A stretch of DNA of 64,000 nucleotides. Source: a virus. The position numbers and the translations under genes are program-made. The notes beneath the pieces are model-generated. The model made no database searches and was not told the origin of the DNA. It was given only the letters and a program-made list of their open reading frames with translations. Position 1 is the first letter of the stretch. Each line of letters begins with the position of its first letter. Below are positions 24,797-33,837 of the stretch, piece after piece. The stretch is taken from positions 6,644 through 70,643 of the IMG/VR virus record IMGVR_UViG_3300047469_000395; one strand, given 5' to 3'.

Positions 24797-27427
24797 ATGA
24801 GCGCATTTAGTCCTGAAGAACAAAAATTGCTGGTGCAGGCCGAATACGGCCAGTTCCTGCGCGAGAAGATCAAGCTGGCCCAGAAGAAGGGCTTCGACGT
24901 GCCGCTGGAGCAGATCCACCCCGGCCTCAAGCCGCACACGCGCGACATCGTGCGCTGGGCGCTCACTGGTGGCCAGCGGGCCATCTTCGCATCATTCGGC
25001 TTGCACAAGACCAGCACCAACCTGGAGGTGATGCGGCAGATCGGCATCCACCGGCCGGGCGGGATTCGCGGCATCGTGGCGCCGCTCGGCGTGCGCCAGG
25101 AGTTCTCCCGCGAGGTGGCGAAGCGCTTCACCGGAGACCAGGCGGTCGACCTGCGCTTTATCCGCTCGGACGCCGAGATCGACGACCCGGCTACGATCTA
25201 CATGACAAACTACGAATCGGTGCGCGAGGCAAAGGTCGACGTCACGAAGTGGCAAGCGTCGGGCCTGGACGAGGCCAGCGTACTGCGCAGCTACGGCAGC
25301 AAGACCTATCAGGAATTCCTCCCGATGTTCGAGCCGGTCGAGTTTAAGTTCGTCTACACGGCCACGCCGAGCCCGAACCGCTTCAAGGAGCTGATCCACT
25401 ACGCCGGCTATCTTGGCGTGATGGACACCGGCCAGGCGCTGACCCGCTTCTTCCAGCGCGACAGCGAGAAGGCCGGCAATCTGACCCTGTACCCGCACAA
25501 GGAACATGAATTTTGGCTCTGGGTAGCCAGCTGGGCCGTGTTCATCCAGCGGCCGAGCGACCTCGGCCACTCGGATGAGGGCTACGATCTGCCGCCGATC
25601 GAAGTCCGCTACCACGAGGTGCCCAGTAATTACGAGACGGCCGGCGCCGAGAAGAACGGCCAGGGTCTGCTGATCCCGAACGTGGCCATGGGCCTGTCGG
25701 CCGCCGCCGGCGAGAAGCGCGACAGCATGCCGGCGCGTGTCGCCAAGGTCGCCGAAATCATCGCGGCCGCGCCGGAAGATCATTTCGTGGTCTGGCACGA
25801 CCTGGAGGACGAGCGGCACGCCATCCAGGCCGCAATCCCTGCCGCCGTGAGCGTGTGGGGCACGCAGGATCTGGAGGAGCGCGAGCAGCGTATTGCCGAC
25901 TTCAGCGACGGCAAGTTCCCGGTCCTGTCGACGAAGCCTATCATCGCGGGCTCAGGCTGCAACTTCCAGGTGCATTGTCACCGCGAGATTTTTGCCGGCA
26001 TCGGCTTCAAGTTCAATGACTTCATCCAGGCCATTCACCGCGTCCAGCGCTTCCAGCAGAAGCACCCGGTCATCATCGACATCGTGCACACCGAGGTCGA
26101 GCGAAAGGTACTGGCGGACCTGCAGGTGAAGTGGCAGCAGCACGAGGAGATGCAGGCCAAGATGGGCGAGATCATCCGCACCTATGGGCTGGACCAGTTG
26201 TCGATGCAGGATTCGCTCGCTCGTACCATCGGCGTGCAGCGCCAGGTCGCCGTCGGTGAGCGCTTTAGCGTCGCGCACAACGACTGCGTGTTGGAGGCGC
26301 TGGAGCAGCCGGCAAACTCCGTCGGCATGATCCTGACGTCGATCCCGTTCGCAAACCATTACGAATACAGCCCGAGCTATAACGACTTCGGCCATACTCA
26401 GGACAATGCCCAGTTCTGGCGCCAGATGGATTTCCTCACGCCGCAACTGCTGCGCATCTTGCAGCCTGGCCGCATCTACGCCTGCCACGTCAAGGATCGG
26501 ATCCTGTTCGGGAACGTCACCGGTGCCGGCGTGCCGACGGTCAGCCCATTCCACGCCGAGGCGCTGTTCCATGGCCTGAAGCACGGGTTCGACTACATGG
26601 GCATGATCACGGTCGTGACCGACGTGGTGCGCGAGAACAACCAGACCTACCGCCTTGGCTATTCCGAGGTGTGCAAGGACGGCACGAAAATGGGCGTCGG
26701 CTCGCCGGAGTACATCCTGTTGTTCCACAAACCGCAGACGGACCGCGCGCGTGGCTACGCCGACACGCCGGTGACGAAGGCCAAGCCGCAGTGCTTGGGT
26801 GATGACGGCCTGCCGGTGGACTTCGATCGCGCGCTGCCGCCGATCCCCGGCACCGGCTACAGCGTCGCGCGCTGGCAGGTCGATGCGCACGCATTCTGGC
26901 GCTCCAGCGGCAACCGCCTGCTGGGCGCGGCGGAGCTGGCCAGTTACGGGCCGGCCAAGCTGGCGAAGATGTTCACCGAGCTGTCCCTGGCCAACGTCTA
27001 CGACTACCAGCTGCACGTCGACACCGGCGAGCAGATGCTGGCGAACAAGTCGCTGCCGGCCACCTACATGAGCTTGGCGCCGGGCAGCAGCGACCCGATG
27101 GTCTGGCACGACATCGTGCGCATGAAGACGCTGAACGGCGCCCAGGCGGCGCGCGCCGTGGAGAACCACGTATGCCCGTTCCAGATCGATATCGTTGAGC
27201 GGCTGATCAACCGCTATACCAATCCCGGCGAAACCGTCTACGACCCATTTCATGGTCTGGGCACGGTAGGGGTGCGCTCCGTGAAGCTGGGCCGCCGCGG
27301 CGCCGGCTCGGAACTCAACGCCGCGTACTTCCGCGACCAGGTGCATTACCTGAAGGAGGCCGAGCGCGAAGTCAGCATGCCAACGCTGTTCGACCTGGTG
27401 GCGCTGGACCAGGAGAATGCATCGTGA
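24797..27427 (+). CDS. SF2 helicase-like / N4-N6 DNA methyltransferase fusion
   Basis: FGLHKT, LDEAS, TATPSPN, QAIHRVQRF; then TSIPF, HVCPFQ, YDPFHGLGT. Confidence 0.85.
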   Translation: MSAFSPEEQKLLVQAEYGQFLREKIKLAQKKGFDVPLEQIHPGLKPHTRDIVRWALTGGQRAIFASFGLHKTSTNLEVMRQIGIHRPGGIRGIVAPLGVRQEFSREVAKRFTGDQAVDLRFIRSDAEIDDPATIYMTNYESVREAKVDVTKWQASGLDEASVLRSYGSKTYQEFLPMFEPVEFKFVYTATPSPNRFKELIHYAGYLGVMDTGQALTRFFQRDSEKAGNLTLYPHKEHEFWLWVASWAVFIQRPSDLGHSDEGYDLPPIEVRYHEVPSNYETAGAEKNGQGLLIPNVAMGLSAAAGEKRDSMPARVAKVAEIIAAAPEDHFVVWHDLEDERHAIQAAIPAAVSVWGTQDLEEREQRIADFSDGKFPVLSTKPIIAGSGCNFQVHCHREIFAGIGFKFNDFIQAIHRVQRFQQKHPVIIDIVHTEVERKVLADLQVKWQQHEEMQAKMGEIIRTYGLDQLSMQDSLARTIGVQRQVAVGERFSVAHNDCVLEALEQPANSVGMILTSIPFANHYEYSPSYNDFGHTQDNAQFWRQMDFLTPQLLRILQPGRIYACHVKDRILFGNVTGAGVPTVSPFHAEALFHGLKHGFDYMGMITVVTDVVRENNQTYRLGYSEVCKDGTKMGVGSPEYILLFHKPQTDRARGYADTPVTKAKPQCLGDDGLPVDFDRALPPIPGTGYSVARWQVDAHAFWRSSGNRLLGAAELASYGPAKLAKMFTELSLANVYDYQLHVDTGEQMLANKSLPATYMSLAPGSSDPMVWHDIVRMKTLNGAQAARAVENHVCPFQIDIVERLINRYTNPGETVYDPFHGLGTVGVRSVKLGRRGAGSELNAAYFRDQVHYLKEAEREVSMPTLFDLVALDQENAS

Positions 27428-27606
27428 CGCGCCGCCGAGCACTGTCCAACGAGCAGCTGCAGCAGGTGGCGGCGCTCTACAAGCCCGGCGTGCGCGGCGC
27501 TGGCTACGAGTCCGTGGCGCGCCAGCTGGGCGTCGGCGTTTCGACGATCCGTGACGCCGTGACCGGCCGGACGGCATATGCCGCCGCGCGAGGAGGCCGG
27601 CCTTGA
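27424..27606 (+). CDS. Small HTH protein
   Basis: GYESVARQLGVGVSTIRDAVTGRT. Confidence 0.7.
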   Translation: MTRRRALSNEQLQQVAALYKPGVRGAGYESVARQLGVGVSTIRDAVTGRTAYAAARGGRP

Positions 27607-28553
27607 ACTATTTTGAGCACCATATCGGCGACTACGACAAGAACACATCGCACCTTTCGGCGTGCGAGGATGGGATCTACTGCCGCATGATTCGAAGATA
27701 CCTGGACAAGGAATTGCCGCTCGATCCGGACACGGATGAAATAAAACGCGTGGTCCGTGCACGCACCCGCGAAGAAAAAAAATCAGTTGATGCTGTTCTC
27801 AAAGAATTTTTTTTTCTTGAGACGGATGGCTGGCATCACAAAACCTGCGACGAAATAATCGCGGCTTACCAGGCAGGCGAGCCCGAACGTGAGGCGAAAA
27901 AAGCCAACGAGGAAACTCGCATGAAACGGCATAGAGACGAGCGTGCAGGCCTGTTTGCGCAGCTTACAGCGGCCGGCAGGCATGCCGCCTGGAATATCGG
28001 AATCAAGGAATTGCGGCTGCTGGTGGCCGCGTTGCAAGAGCCGGAACAGCCGGAACCTGTAACGCCACCTGCAACGGCACCTGCAACGCCTGCAACGGCT
28101 ACCCAAACACCAATACCCACTACCCATACACCATATATAAAACCTTTGTCGGCGAAAAACGCCGACGAGCAGATTGACGGTGGGCAGGACGCGTCCGCGG
28201 AGCGGCGCACGAAGCGCAGGCCGTCGCCCGATGACGAGACCTGTGCACGCTACTGCTTCGGGCTGGTCAAGCGCCTGGACGCCAGCGCAAAGCCGCCGAA
28301 CTTCGAAGCATGGGGCAACGACGTCCGCCTGATGGTCGAGCGGGATAAGCGCACGCACCGCGAGATCTGCGAACTGTTCCTGTGGGCGAACAACGACAGC
28401 TTCTGGCAATCAAACATCCTCTCGCCGGCCAAGCTGCGCGAGAAGTGGAATCAGCTGATCATCAAACGCGGCACGCCGCAGAAAGGGGCAGTACATGGAA
28501 ACTTCGGCTCGCAGGATTACCGCGCAGGGGTTAGTGACGATGGCAAGTTCTGA
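27603..28553 (+). CDS. Replication initiator, YdaU/DUF1376 family
   Basis: MNYFEHHIGDY..T.HLS..E.G.Y; C-term FWQSNILSPAKLREKW. Confidence 0.85.
   Translation: MNYFEHHIGDYDKNTSHLSACEDGIYCRMIRRYLDKELPLDPDTDEIKRVVRARTREEKKSVDAVLKEFFFLETDGWHHKTCDEIIAAYQAGEPEREAKKANEETRMKRHRDERAGLFAQLTAAGRHAAWNIGIKELRLLVAALQEPEQPEPVTPPATAPATPATATQTPIPTTHTPYIKPLSAKNADEQIDGGQDASAERRTKRRPSPDDETCARYCFGLVKRLDASAKPPNFEAWGNDVRLMVERDKRTHREICELFLWANNDSFWQSNILSPAKLREKWNQLIIKRGTPQKGAVHGNFGSQDYRAGVSDDGKF
28056..28146 (+). repeat. Candidate replication origin iterons
   Basis: CCTG(T/C)AACG x4 (28056, 28068, 28080, 28089) inside the initiator gene, then an A/C-rich and ATATATAAAA tract. Confidence 0.55.
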
Positions 28554-29313
28554 GCGCCGGCCGCGCTACATGAGCGCCATCCTCGAAAGCTGCGCGCAGC
28601 ACGGCGAGTACACGTCGTTACTGCTGCCTGCCGGCTGGTCTGGCTGCGTGAAGTGTGAGCACGCTGCTGAGCATGCCGCTGCGGCTGTGGCACAGGCCTC
28701 CTGGCAAGCCGAACTGCGTAGCCGGGCCTGGGATGCCCGGCTGGGCCGCGCGGCGATTCCTGAGCGCTTTGCTGACCGCCGGCTCGAAACCTACGTGCCG
28801 ACCTGCGACGATGCGGAGAAGGCGCTGCGCGTCGCCACCCGGTACGCCGCGAACTTCGCCGCGGTGCGTCGCGCCGGCACCTGCCTGATCCTCTGCGGCG
28901 ACGTTGGTACCGGCAAGACCCACCTGGCCATCGGCATCGCGCACGTGGTGCTGGAGCAGGGCGGCCAGGCGGTGTTCACGTCCGTGATGCGCGCGGTGCG
29001 CTCGGTCAAGGAGACCTACACGAAGGGCAACAGTCGAACCGAGGCACAGGCGATCGCGGATCTGGTCGACCCGGACCTTCTGATCCTCGACGAGGTGGGC
29101 GTGCAGCACGGCACCGACACGGAGAAGCTCGTGCTGTTCGAGATCATCAACGGCCGCTATGAGGCCGGCCGGCCAACCATTGTGATCAGCAACCTGGCGA
29201 TCAAGGCGTTGGAGGACTACCTGGGCGCCCGGGCATTCGATCGGTTGCGCGAGGGCGGAGGCCACCTGGTGGTCTGCGACTGGGAATCGTATCGTGCGCG
29301 GAGGGCTACCTGA
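28495..29313 (+). CDS. DnaC/IstB-like ATPase (helicase loader)
   Basis: IPERF, GDVGTGKTHLA, LLILDEVG, IINGRY, DRLRE. Confidence 0.9.
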   Translation: METSARRITAQGLVTMASSERRPRYMSAILESCAQHGEYTSLLLPAGWSGCVKCEHAAEHAAAAVAQASWQAELRSRAWDARLGRAAIPERFADRRLETYVPTCDDAEKALRVATRYAANFAAVRRAGTCLILCGDVGTGKTHLAIGIAHVVLEQGGQAVFTSVMRAVRSVKETYTKGNSRTEAQAIADLVDPDLLILDEVGVQHGTDTEKLVLFEIINGRYEAGRPTIVISNLAIKALEDYLGARAFDRLREGGGHLVVCDWESYRARRAT

Positions 29314-29726
29314 TGGGCGCGCGGTTCACCTATGTTGCCAATCCACTCGACGTTCTCGCCGCGAAGCGGCTGCTCGATTCGGCGGACGTGTTCATGATCC
29401 GCATGGCCGTGCTCACGGCCCTTGATGCGGCGAAGCGCGGCCTTGCCACCGGCCGCATGGCGAACACGCTCAGCCAGCACCTGCTGACGGCGTGCGCGAT
29501 CTGGTCGCAGCAGGGCAACCGACCGGCATACGTCGCCGGCGCGAAGGCCTGGGCCGCGCATTCGAAAGCGCTCGCCAGGCCAACCTCGCTGCTGGACCTG
29601 ACGACCGGCGAGTACGCCGCCATCCGCTTGGCTGTGCGCCACTACGTGATTGCGCTGCCGTTGCTGGAGATGGGCGCCTACTTGGCCGCGCAGCTGAAGG
29701 CTGTCACCGAACTGGAGGGCGAATGA
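29313..29726 (+). CDS. Hypothetical phage protein
   Basis: 137 aa; coupled. Confidence 0.7.
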   Translation: MGARFTYVANPLDVLAAKRLLDSADVFMIRMAVLTALDAAKRGLATGRMANTLSQHLLTACAIWSQQGNRPAYVAGAKAWAAHSKALARPTSLLDLTTGEYAAIRLAVRHYVIALPLLEMGAYLAAQLKAVTELEGE

Positions 29727-29917
29727 ACGCGCCGCTCAGCAAGGCGGAACTGCTGGCCGTGATGTTGGCGCCGGCTCGGCAGGCGCCCGAACGCAGCCGC
29801 GCGCTTCCAGCGGCATGCTACCGCGACCCGGCCGAATCGGTGAAGCTGGAGGTCGAGAAGCCGAAGCCAAAACCGAAGAAACCCAAGCCGCCAAAGGTGA
29901 ACAAGAAGTGGAGGTGA
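29723..29917 (+). CDS. Small basic hypothetical protein
   Basis: ATGA-coupled; KP-rich tail. Confidence 0.55.
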   Translation: MNAPLSKAELLAVMLAPARQAPERSRALPAACYRDPAESVKLEVEKPKPKPKKPKPPKVNKKWR

Positions 29918-30000
29918 CGCAGAACAACAGATTCCCGGCAACGCCTCTTTCTTTTTTTCATGGATGTGTTAACGTTCGGGCTTCCACATCGAGGTAACCC

Positions 30001-30549
30001 ATGGGCTTCGCCGACCGCTTTCTTCACGCTGTAAATTCCACCAATTTGCAGGACGACGCGCACCACCACGACACCGATCCGCTGTGCGCTGCAGCGCTGG
30101 CGGATACGGCGGGCGCTGGCATTGGCTCGCTGCTGTCGCGCGTGAAGTACGCCGACGGCACGCAGCACAAGCTGTTCGAATCCGGTAGTGCCAACCTGGC
30201 GCAGCTGCTGCGCATCTGGACCGCGCGGGTGATCGAGAAGGGCCGCGAGCGCAAATGGGTGAAGGAGGGTACCGCGTGGGACGCCCAAGCCGCCCAGGTG
30301 CTGTACCGCCGCGTCGCCGAGCGCTCTCTGGGCTACTGGCTCGATGGGAAGTGCGAGAGTTGCCACGGCAGCGGCAACACCGTCGACCGTCGCATCTGCG
30401 CGCCCTGCAAGGGATCAGGGCGTGGAGCGGTTGGCGGCTCTGGGTTCGAGCGCGAGCGGGTGCTCGACATGGTCAGCGAGCTGGAGGGGCTTCTGCAAGC
30501 GCACAACGGCCGTGCCGCCGGCATGCTGCGTACTCAACGCGAGGTTTGA
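30001..30549 (+). CDS. Q-like late antiterminator
   Basis: CESCHGSG..CAPCKGSG zinc motifs; position at the end of the early operon. Confidence 0.75.
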   Translation: MGFADRFLHAVNSTNLQDDAHHHDTDPLCAAALADTAGAGIGSLLSRVKYADGTQHKLFESGSANLAQLLRIWTARVIEKGRERKWVKEGTAWDAQAAQVLYRRVAERSLGYWLDGKCESCHGSGNTVDRRICAPCKGSGRGAVGGSGFERERVLDMVSELEGLLQAHNGRAAGMLRTQREV

Positions 30550-30592
30550 TCTCGCGCAAACTACCGGTAGCAGTGTCCGGTAGCATGTGCCT

Positions 30593-30820
30593 ATGGATAT
30601 CCGAACTGAACGAATGTGCAGAGTGGCGGCGGAGCTGGCAGAGATGCACGGGCGCCTGTTCGCTGCGGCGTTTTTGGCAGAAAATCGTGTTGCGATTGAC
30701 GTAGCTCTTGACTTGCTTGCCGGCGGGGCCGCGCGGTCGTGCTATCGTTGGCACGTTGGGCTAACTGATCGAGGTACCCCATGCCATCAAAAAAATCCGC
30801 TTCCCACGCAGGAAAAGTAG
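30593..30820 (+). CDS. Hypothetical protein
   Basis: Short ORF between Q and the recombinase. Confidence 0.45.
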   Translation: MDIRTERMCRVAAELAEMHGRLFAAAFLAENRVAIDVALDLLAGGAARSCYRWHVGLTDRGTPCHQKNPLPTQEK

Positions 30821-32319
30821 TAACGCGGAAAGCAGCCTCCTATCTTCGAATGTCTTCTGATGGCCAAGCCGGATCCATCGCCAACCAGCGCGCGGCGATC
30901 GCAGCGTATGCGCGCCTGCACCGGATGGAGGTGATAACTGAGTATGCCGACCCCGGCAAGAGCGGCCTCGGCATAAAGGGGCGGCCCGGTCTTCAGCGAT
31001 TATTTTCGGACGTTGCGAGCAGGGGCGTCGAGTACTCGGTGATACTGGTCTACGACGTTAGCCGGTGGGGGCGATTCCAGGATGTCGATGAGAGCGCACA
31101 CTACGAATTCCTCTGCCGGAATGCTGGAATCGACGTGATTTACTGCGCGGAGGAGTTCGATAACGACGGTTCTGCAATCGCCGCGATCGTCAAGACCATG
31201 AAGCGCGCCATGGCTGCGGAATACAGCCGTGCGCTGTCAGTCAAAGTGTTTGAGGCCCAGTCCCGGCTCGCGAAGGCTGGATATAAGCAAGGTGGGCCGG
31301 CTGGCTATGGCTTGCGCAGGGCGTCGGTAGGAGCAGATGGCGCCATCCGCCGGATCTTGGCGAGCGGGGACCGTAAGGGTGCGCCGGCTGATCACGTGGT
31401 GTTTGTAGCGGGCCCCGATGATGAAGTGGCCATGGTGCGCCAGATATATGATTGGTACATAAGCAGGGAGAAAGGGGATACAGCTATTGCCGCTGAACTG
31501 AATGCGCGCGGCATTAAATCTGAATCCGGTAGGCCGTGGACGCCGCCGGTCGTCGTGAGCATACTGACGAATGAGAAGTACATCGGCACCGTGGTGTACA
31601 ACCGGAGATCGTACAAGCTGCAGGGTGAAGTTTGCGACAACCCGCGTGGTGCTTGGATCAAAAAATCTCGTGCCTTTCCGGCCCTGGTTGATCCAGAAGT
31701 CTTCCATCAGGCACAGGACATTCGACGGGAGCGCGCGCAGCGATACTCGCGGCAGGAGCTGGTAGGCATCCTGCGGCGCATCTATTCGAAGCACGGCGAA
31801 ATATCAACGAAGCTGATCGACGAAGATCCGGGCGGGCCGCACCACAATGCGTTTCTCAACCGATTTCAAACGCTCAGCAATGCCTACCGTCTCGCCGGAG
31901 TGCCAGCTACGCAGCGAGCGGACCGTTACCTCGACAGCTTGCGGAAGATCGAGACCATCCGCAACGACGCGATGGCGAAGATCAGGGAGTGCGTGGCCGC
32001 TGTCGGTGGCACGCTCGATCTGCTGCCATCGAAGAATGCGTTCGTTCTAAACGGCTCGGCGCACACAAGGTTATTGGTCGTCCGGGCGCGTCGCAACCGG
32101 AGTGACCGGCCTTTCCGCTGGAATGTGCCGCTGAAGCAGGTGCCGGGTGTTCAATTTGTCATCGCCGTCCAGCTGGAGCCATCCCACAACCAGATACGAA
32201 ACGTTCTCCTTTTCCCAGTGGAGGCGTTTGCCTATTCAAACATCGTGATGCGAGAGGAGTGGCCAGACGAATTTGCGCGCTTTCGATATTTTGATATTGC
32301 TGCGATTTTTGGATGTTGA
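30781..32319 (+). CDS. Large serine recombinase (resolvase + recombinase domains)
   Basis: YLRMS catalytic Ser, D.GKSG...RPGL, YDVSRWGR, AGYG, ILTNEKYIG. Confidence 0.9.
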   Translation: MPSKKSASHAGKVVTRKAASYLRMSSDGQAGSIANQRAAIAAYARLHRMEVITEYADPGKSGLGIKGRPGLQRLFSDVASRGVEYSVILVYDVSRWGRFQDVDESAHYEFLCRNAGIDVIYCAEEFDNDGSAIAAIVKTMKRAMAAEYSRALSVKVFEAQSRLAKAGYKQGGPAGYGLRRASVGADGAIRRILASGDRKGAPADHVVFVAGPDDEVAMVRQIYDWYISREKGDTAIAAELNARGIKSESGRPWTPPVVVSILTNEKYIGTVVYNRRSYKLQGEVCDNPRGAWIKKSRAFPALVDPEVFHQAQDIRRERAQRYSRQELVGILRRIYSKHGEISTKLIDEDPGGPHHNAFLNRFQTLSNAYRLAGVPATQRADRYLDSLRKIETIRNDAMAKIRECVAAVGGTLDLLPSKNAFVLNGSAHTRLLVVRARRNRSDRPFRWNVPLKQVPGVQFVIAVQLEPSHNQIRNVLLFPVEAFAYSNIVMREEWPDEFARFRYFDIAAIFGC

Positions 32320-32344
32320 CATCACGCATTGAGTACGTTAACGT
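32316..32344 (+). promoter_or_regulatory. Putative late promoter PR'
   Basis: TTGACA-17-TAACGT; the -35 overlaps the recombinase stop codon. Confidence 0.65.
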
Positions 32345-32485
32345 CCAGTCTCACACACTTACTGCGTGTCGTAATGCAGGCTTCGAGCCTCACCGCTAGC
32401 AGTGATTCGAGGCTTGCACCAACTCCGTTGATGCTTTCGCTCGCGTGTACCGCTCACTTCGCAGATAGCGCTGGAGCAAACATCG

Positions 32486-32515
32486 AAGCCACCCTTGCGG
32501 TGGCTTTTTCTATTT
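32486..32515 (+). terminator. Putative tR' terminator
   Basis: AAGCCACC-CTTGC-GGTGGCTT then TTTCTATTT. Confidence 0.75.
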
Positions 32516-32538
32516 CGGCGCCACTTCGCGAGGCGGCC

Positions 32539-32700
32539 ATGACGCAAACGACGCACCCGACAAAGCAGCTGGTCCGTGACTACATGGACGAGCGCACGAA
32601 GTCGGACGACCCACCGCCGGCGCCGGCTGAGATTCGGCGCCAGCTGGGATGGGATCTGTTGCCGGCCAACCGCCAGCCAGACCGCGCCGACCGAGATTGA
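32539..32700 (+). CDS. Small hypothetical protein
   Basis: GAGG RBS; HPTKQLVRDYM...PPPAPAEIRRQLGWDL. Confidence 0.65.
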   Translation: MTQTTHPTKQLVRDYMDERTKSDDPPPAPAEIRRQLGWDLLPANRQPDRADRD

Positions 32701-33126
32701 ACCGCGCAGGCCGCGCAAAGCCGGCCGCCAAGGAGGTGCATCATGAAGTAGCGAAGCCCCAAGCTCCACCGCCCAGTGCCAATTCCGACACGCCAGCGGC
32801 GTAGAAGCGCGACGTGATGCGCAAGGGTCAAAAATCGGCTGATGAGTTTCGGAGCACCCGCCCGGAGATACTCAGGGGACGCCACAAAGCGCAGCTATCT
32901 AATTCACGGCCTACGGGCCACCACCAGCCGGACGCCGCCGCAAGGCCGCGCGCCAGACCGGCCCTCAGGACGCTGTAACCTGGGAACCACACACCAGCGA
33001 CGACATCGCGCGCGATGAATCAAAGTCCGCAGGCAATTAGACCACGAACACGCTGAGCCGCAGCACCTGGCGGCCAATGACCCAAAGGTACTCGTGGAAA
33101 CCGACCGGCAAGCCGGTTCGCTGATG

Positions 33127-33269
33127 TGTGGTGAATGCGCAGGCTGATGCGCTTAGTCTAAGCCCGAGAGGGTGATGGGTAGTTGGGCATACCGAGCCGG
33201 CAGACTCCGGCGGTGAGGCTGAAACGCTGCCACCCAACCCATGCCGGGGTATCAGTTCCGGCCGCCGCA
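33127..33269 (+). ncRNA. Structured RNA candidate with kissing-loop pseudoknot
   Basis: Terminal stem TGTGGTG/CGCCGCA; loops GGCTGAT and ATCAGTT complementary; several internal stems. Confidence 0.6.
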
Positions 33270-33332
33270 ACAATTCGCTGCACCTGCGTTAGTCCCGAGG
33301 CCACGGCAGAGGACGAGACCGCAGGGCGGCAG

Positions 33333-33617
33333 TCAGCGTGCCGCTTGCGGCGTGCTGCTCACACCGAGCAAAGTAGCAGATCGCGCAGCTAAGTGTTTGT
33401 GCTTCAGCTGATAGTACAAAGAGGTCTCGCCGGTGTCGTGAGTCTCGACGGGGTGCTCTTCGAATGTCAGGTAAAAGTGCGACTCGGCGAGCGTCAGGCC
33501 AACCAGCACTTCATCGCCATCGTCGTCGACCGTTAGCGCTCCCCGCAGGAGGAGTTCGCTGCGTCGCGCATCGTCCAGGTCTAGCATTTCCGCCTCGCTC
33601 GTTGTTAGGGGCGTCAT
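33333..33617 (-). CDS. Counter-oriented acidic hypothetical protein
   Basis: 94 aa MTPLTTSE...DDDGDEVLVGLT.AES..Y. Confidence 0.6.
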   Translation of the reverse strand: MTPLTTSEAEMLDLDDARRSELLLRGALTVDDDGDEVLVGLTLAESHFYLTFEEHPVETHDTGETSLYYQLKHKHLAARSATLLGVSSTPQAAR

Positions 33618-33693
33618 GGATTTTACGTCTTTTGATCGAGGCACGCGGCACGCTACGGCTGAGAAAAGCAGGTTGCAAATTAGCAAAAGATAC

Positions 33694-33768
33694 GCGGGCA
33701 TAGCCAAGTGGCAAGGCGTCGTCCTTCCAAGTCGATACGCGCGGGTTCGATCCCCGCTGCCCGCTCCA
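33694..33768 (+). tRNA. tRNA-Gly (anticodon TCC)
   Basis: Acceptor GCGGGCA/TGCCCGC, U73, encoded CCA, loop CT-TCC-AA, T-arm GCGGG-TTCGATC-CCCGC; one T:T mismatch in the anticodon stem. Confidence 0.9.
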
Positions 33769-33837
33769 GAGTCTCCCGTCCAGCGCCTGTTGGACCTTTG
33801 CCGCCGGACACGTTTTGGTGGTTCTTTTATTCGGCGG

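Noticed and set aside
32839-32880. CTGATGAG hammerhead-ribozyme core
   Set aside because: The stem following it is not closed by the required GAAA, and no stem I/III with an NUH site could be built.
33769-33830. Possible HDV-like (theta) ribozyme after the tRNA
   Set aside because: Nested double pseudoknot and catalytic J4/2 segment not found; reads better as hairpins plus a T-run terminator.
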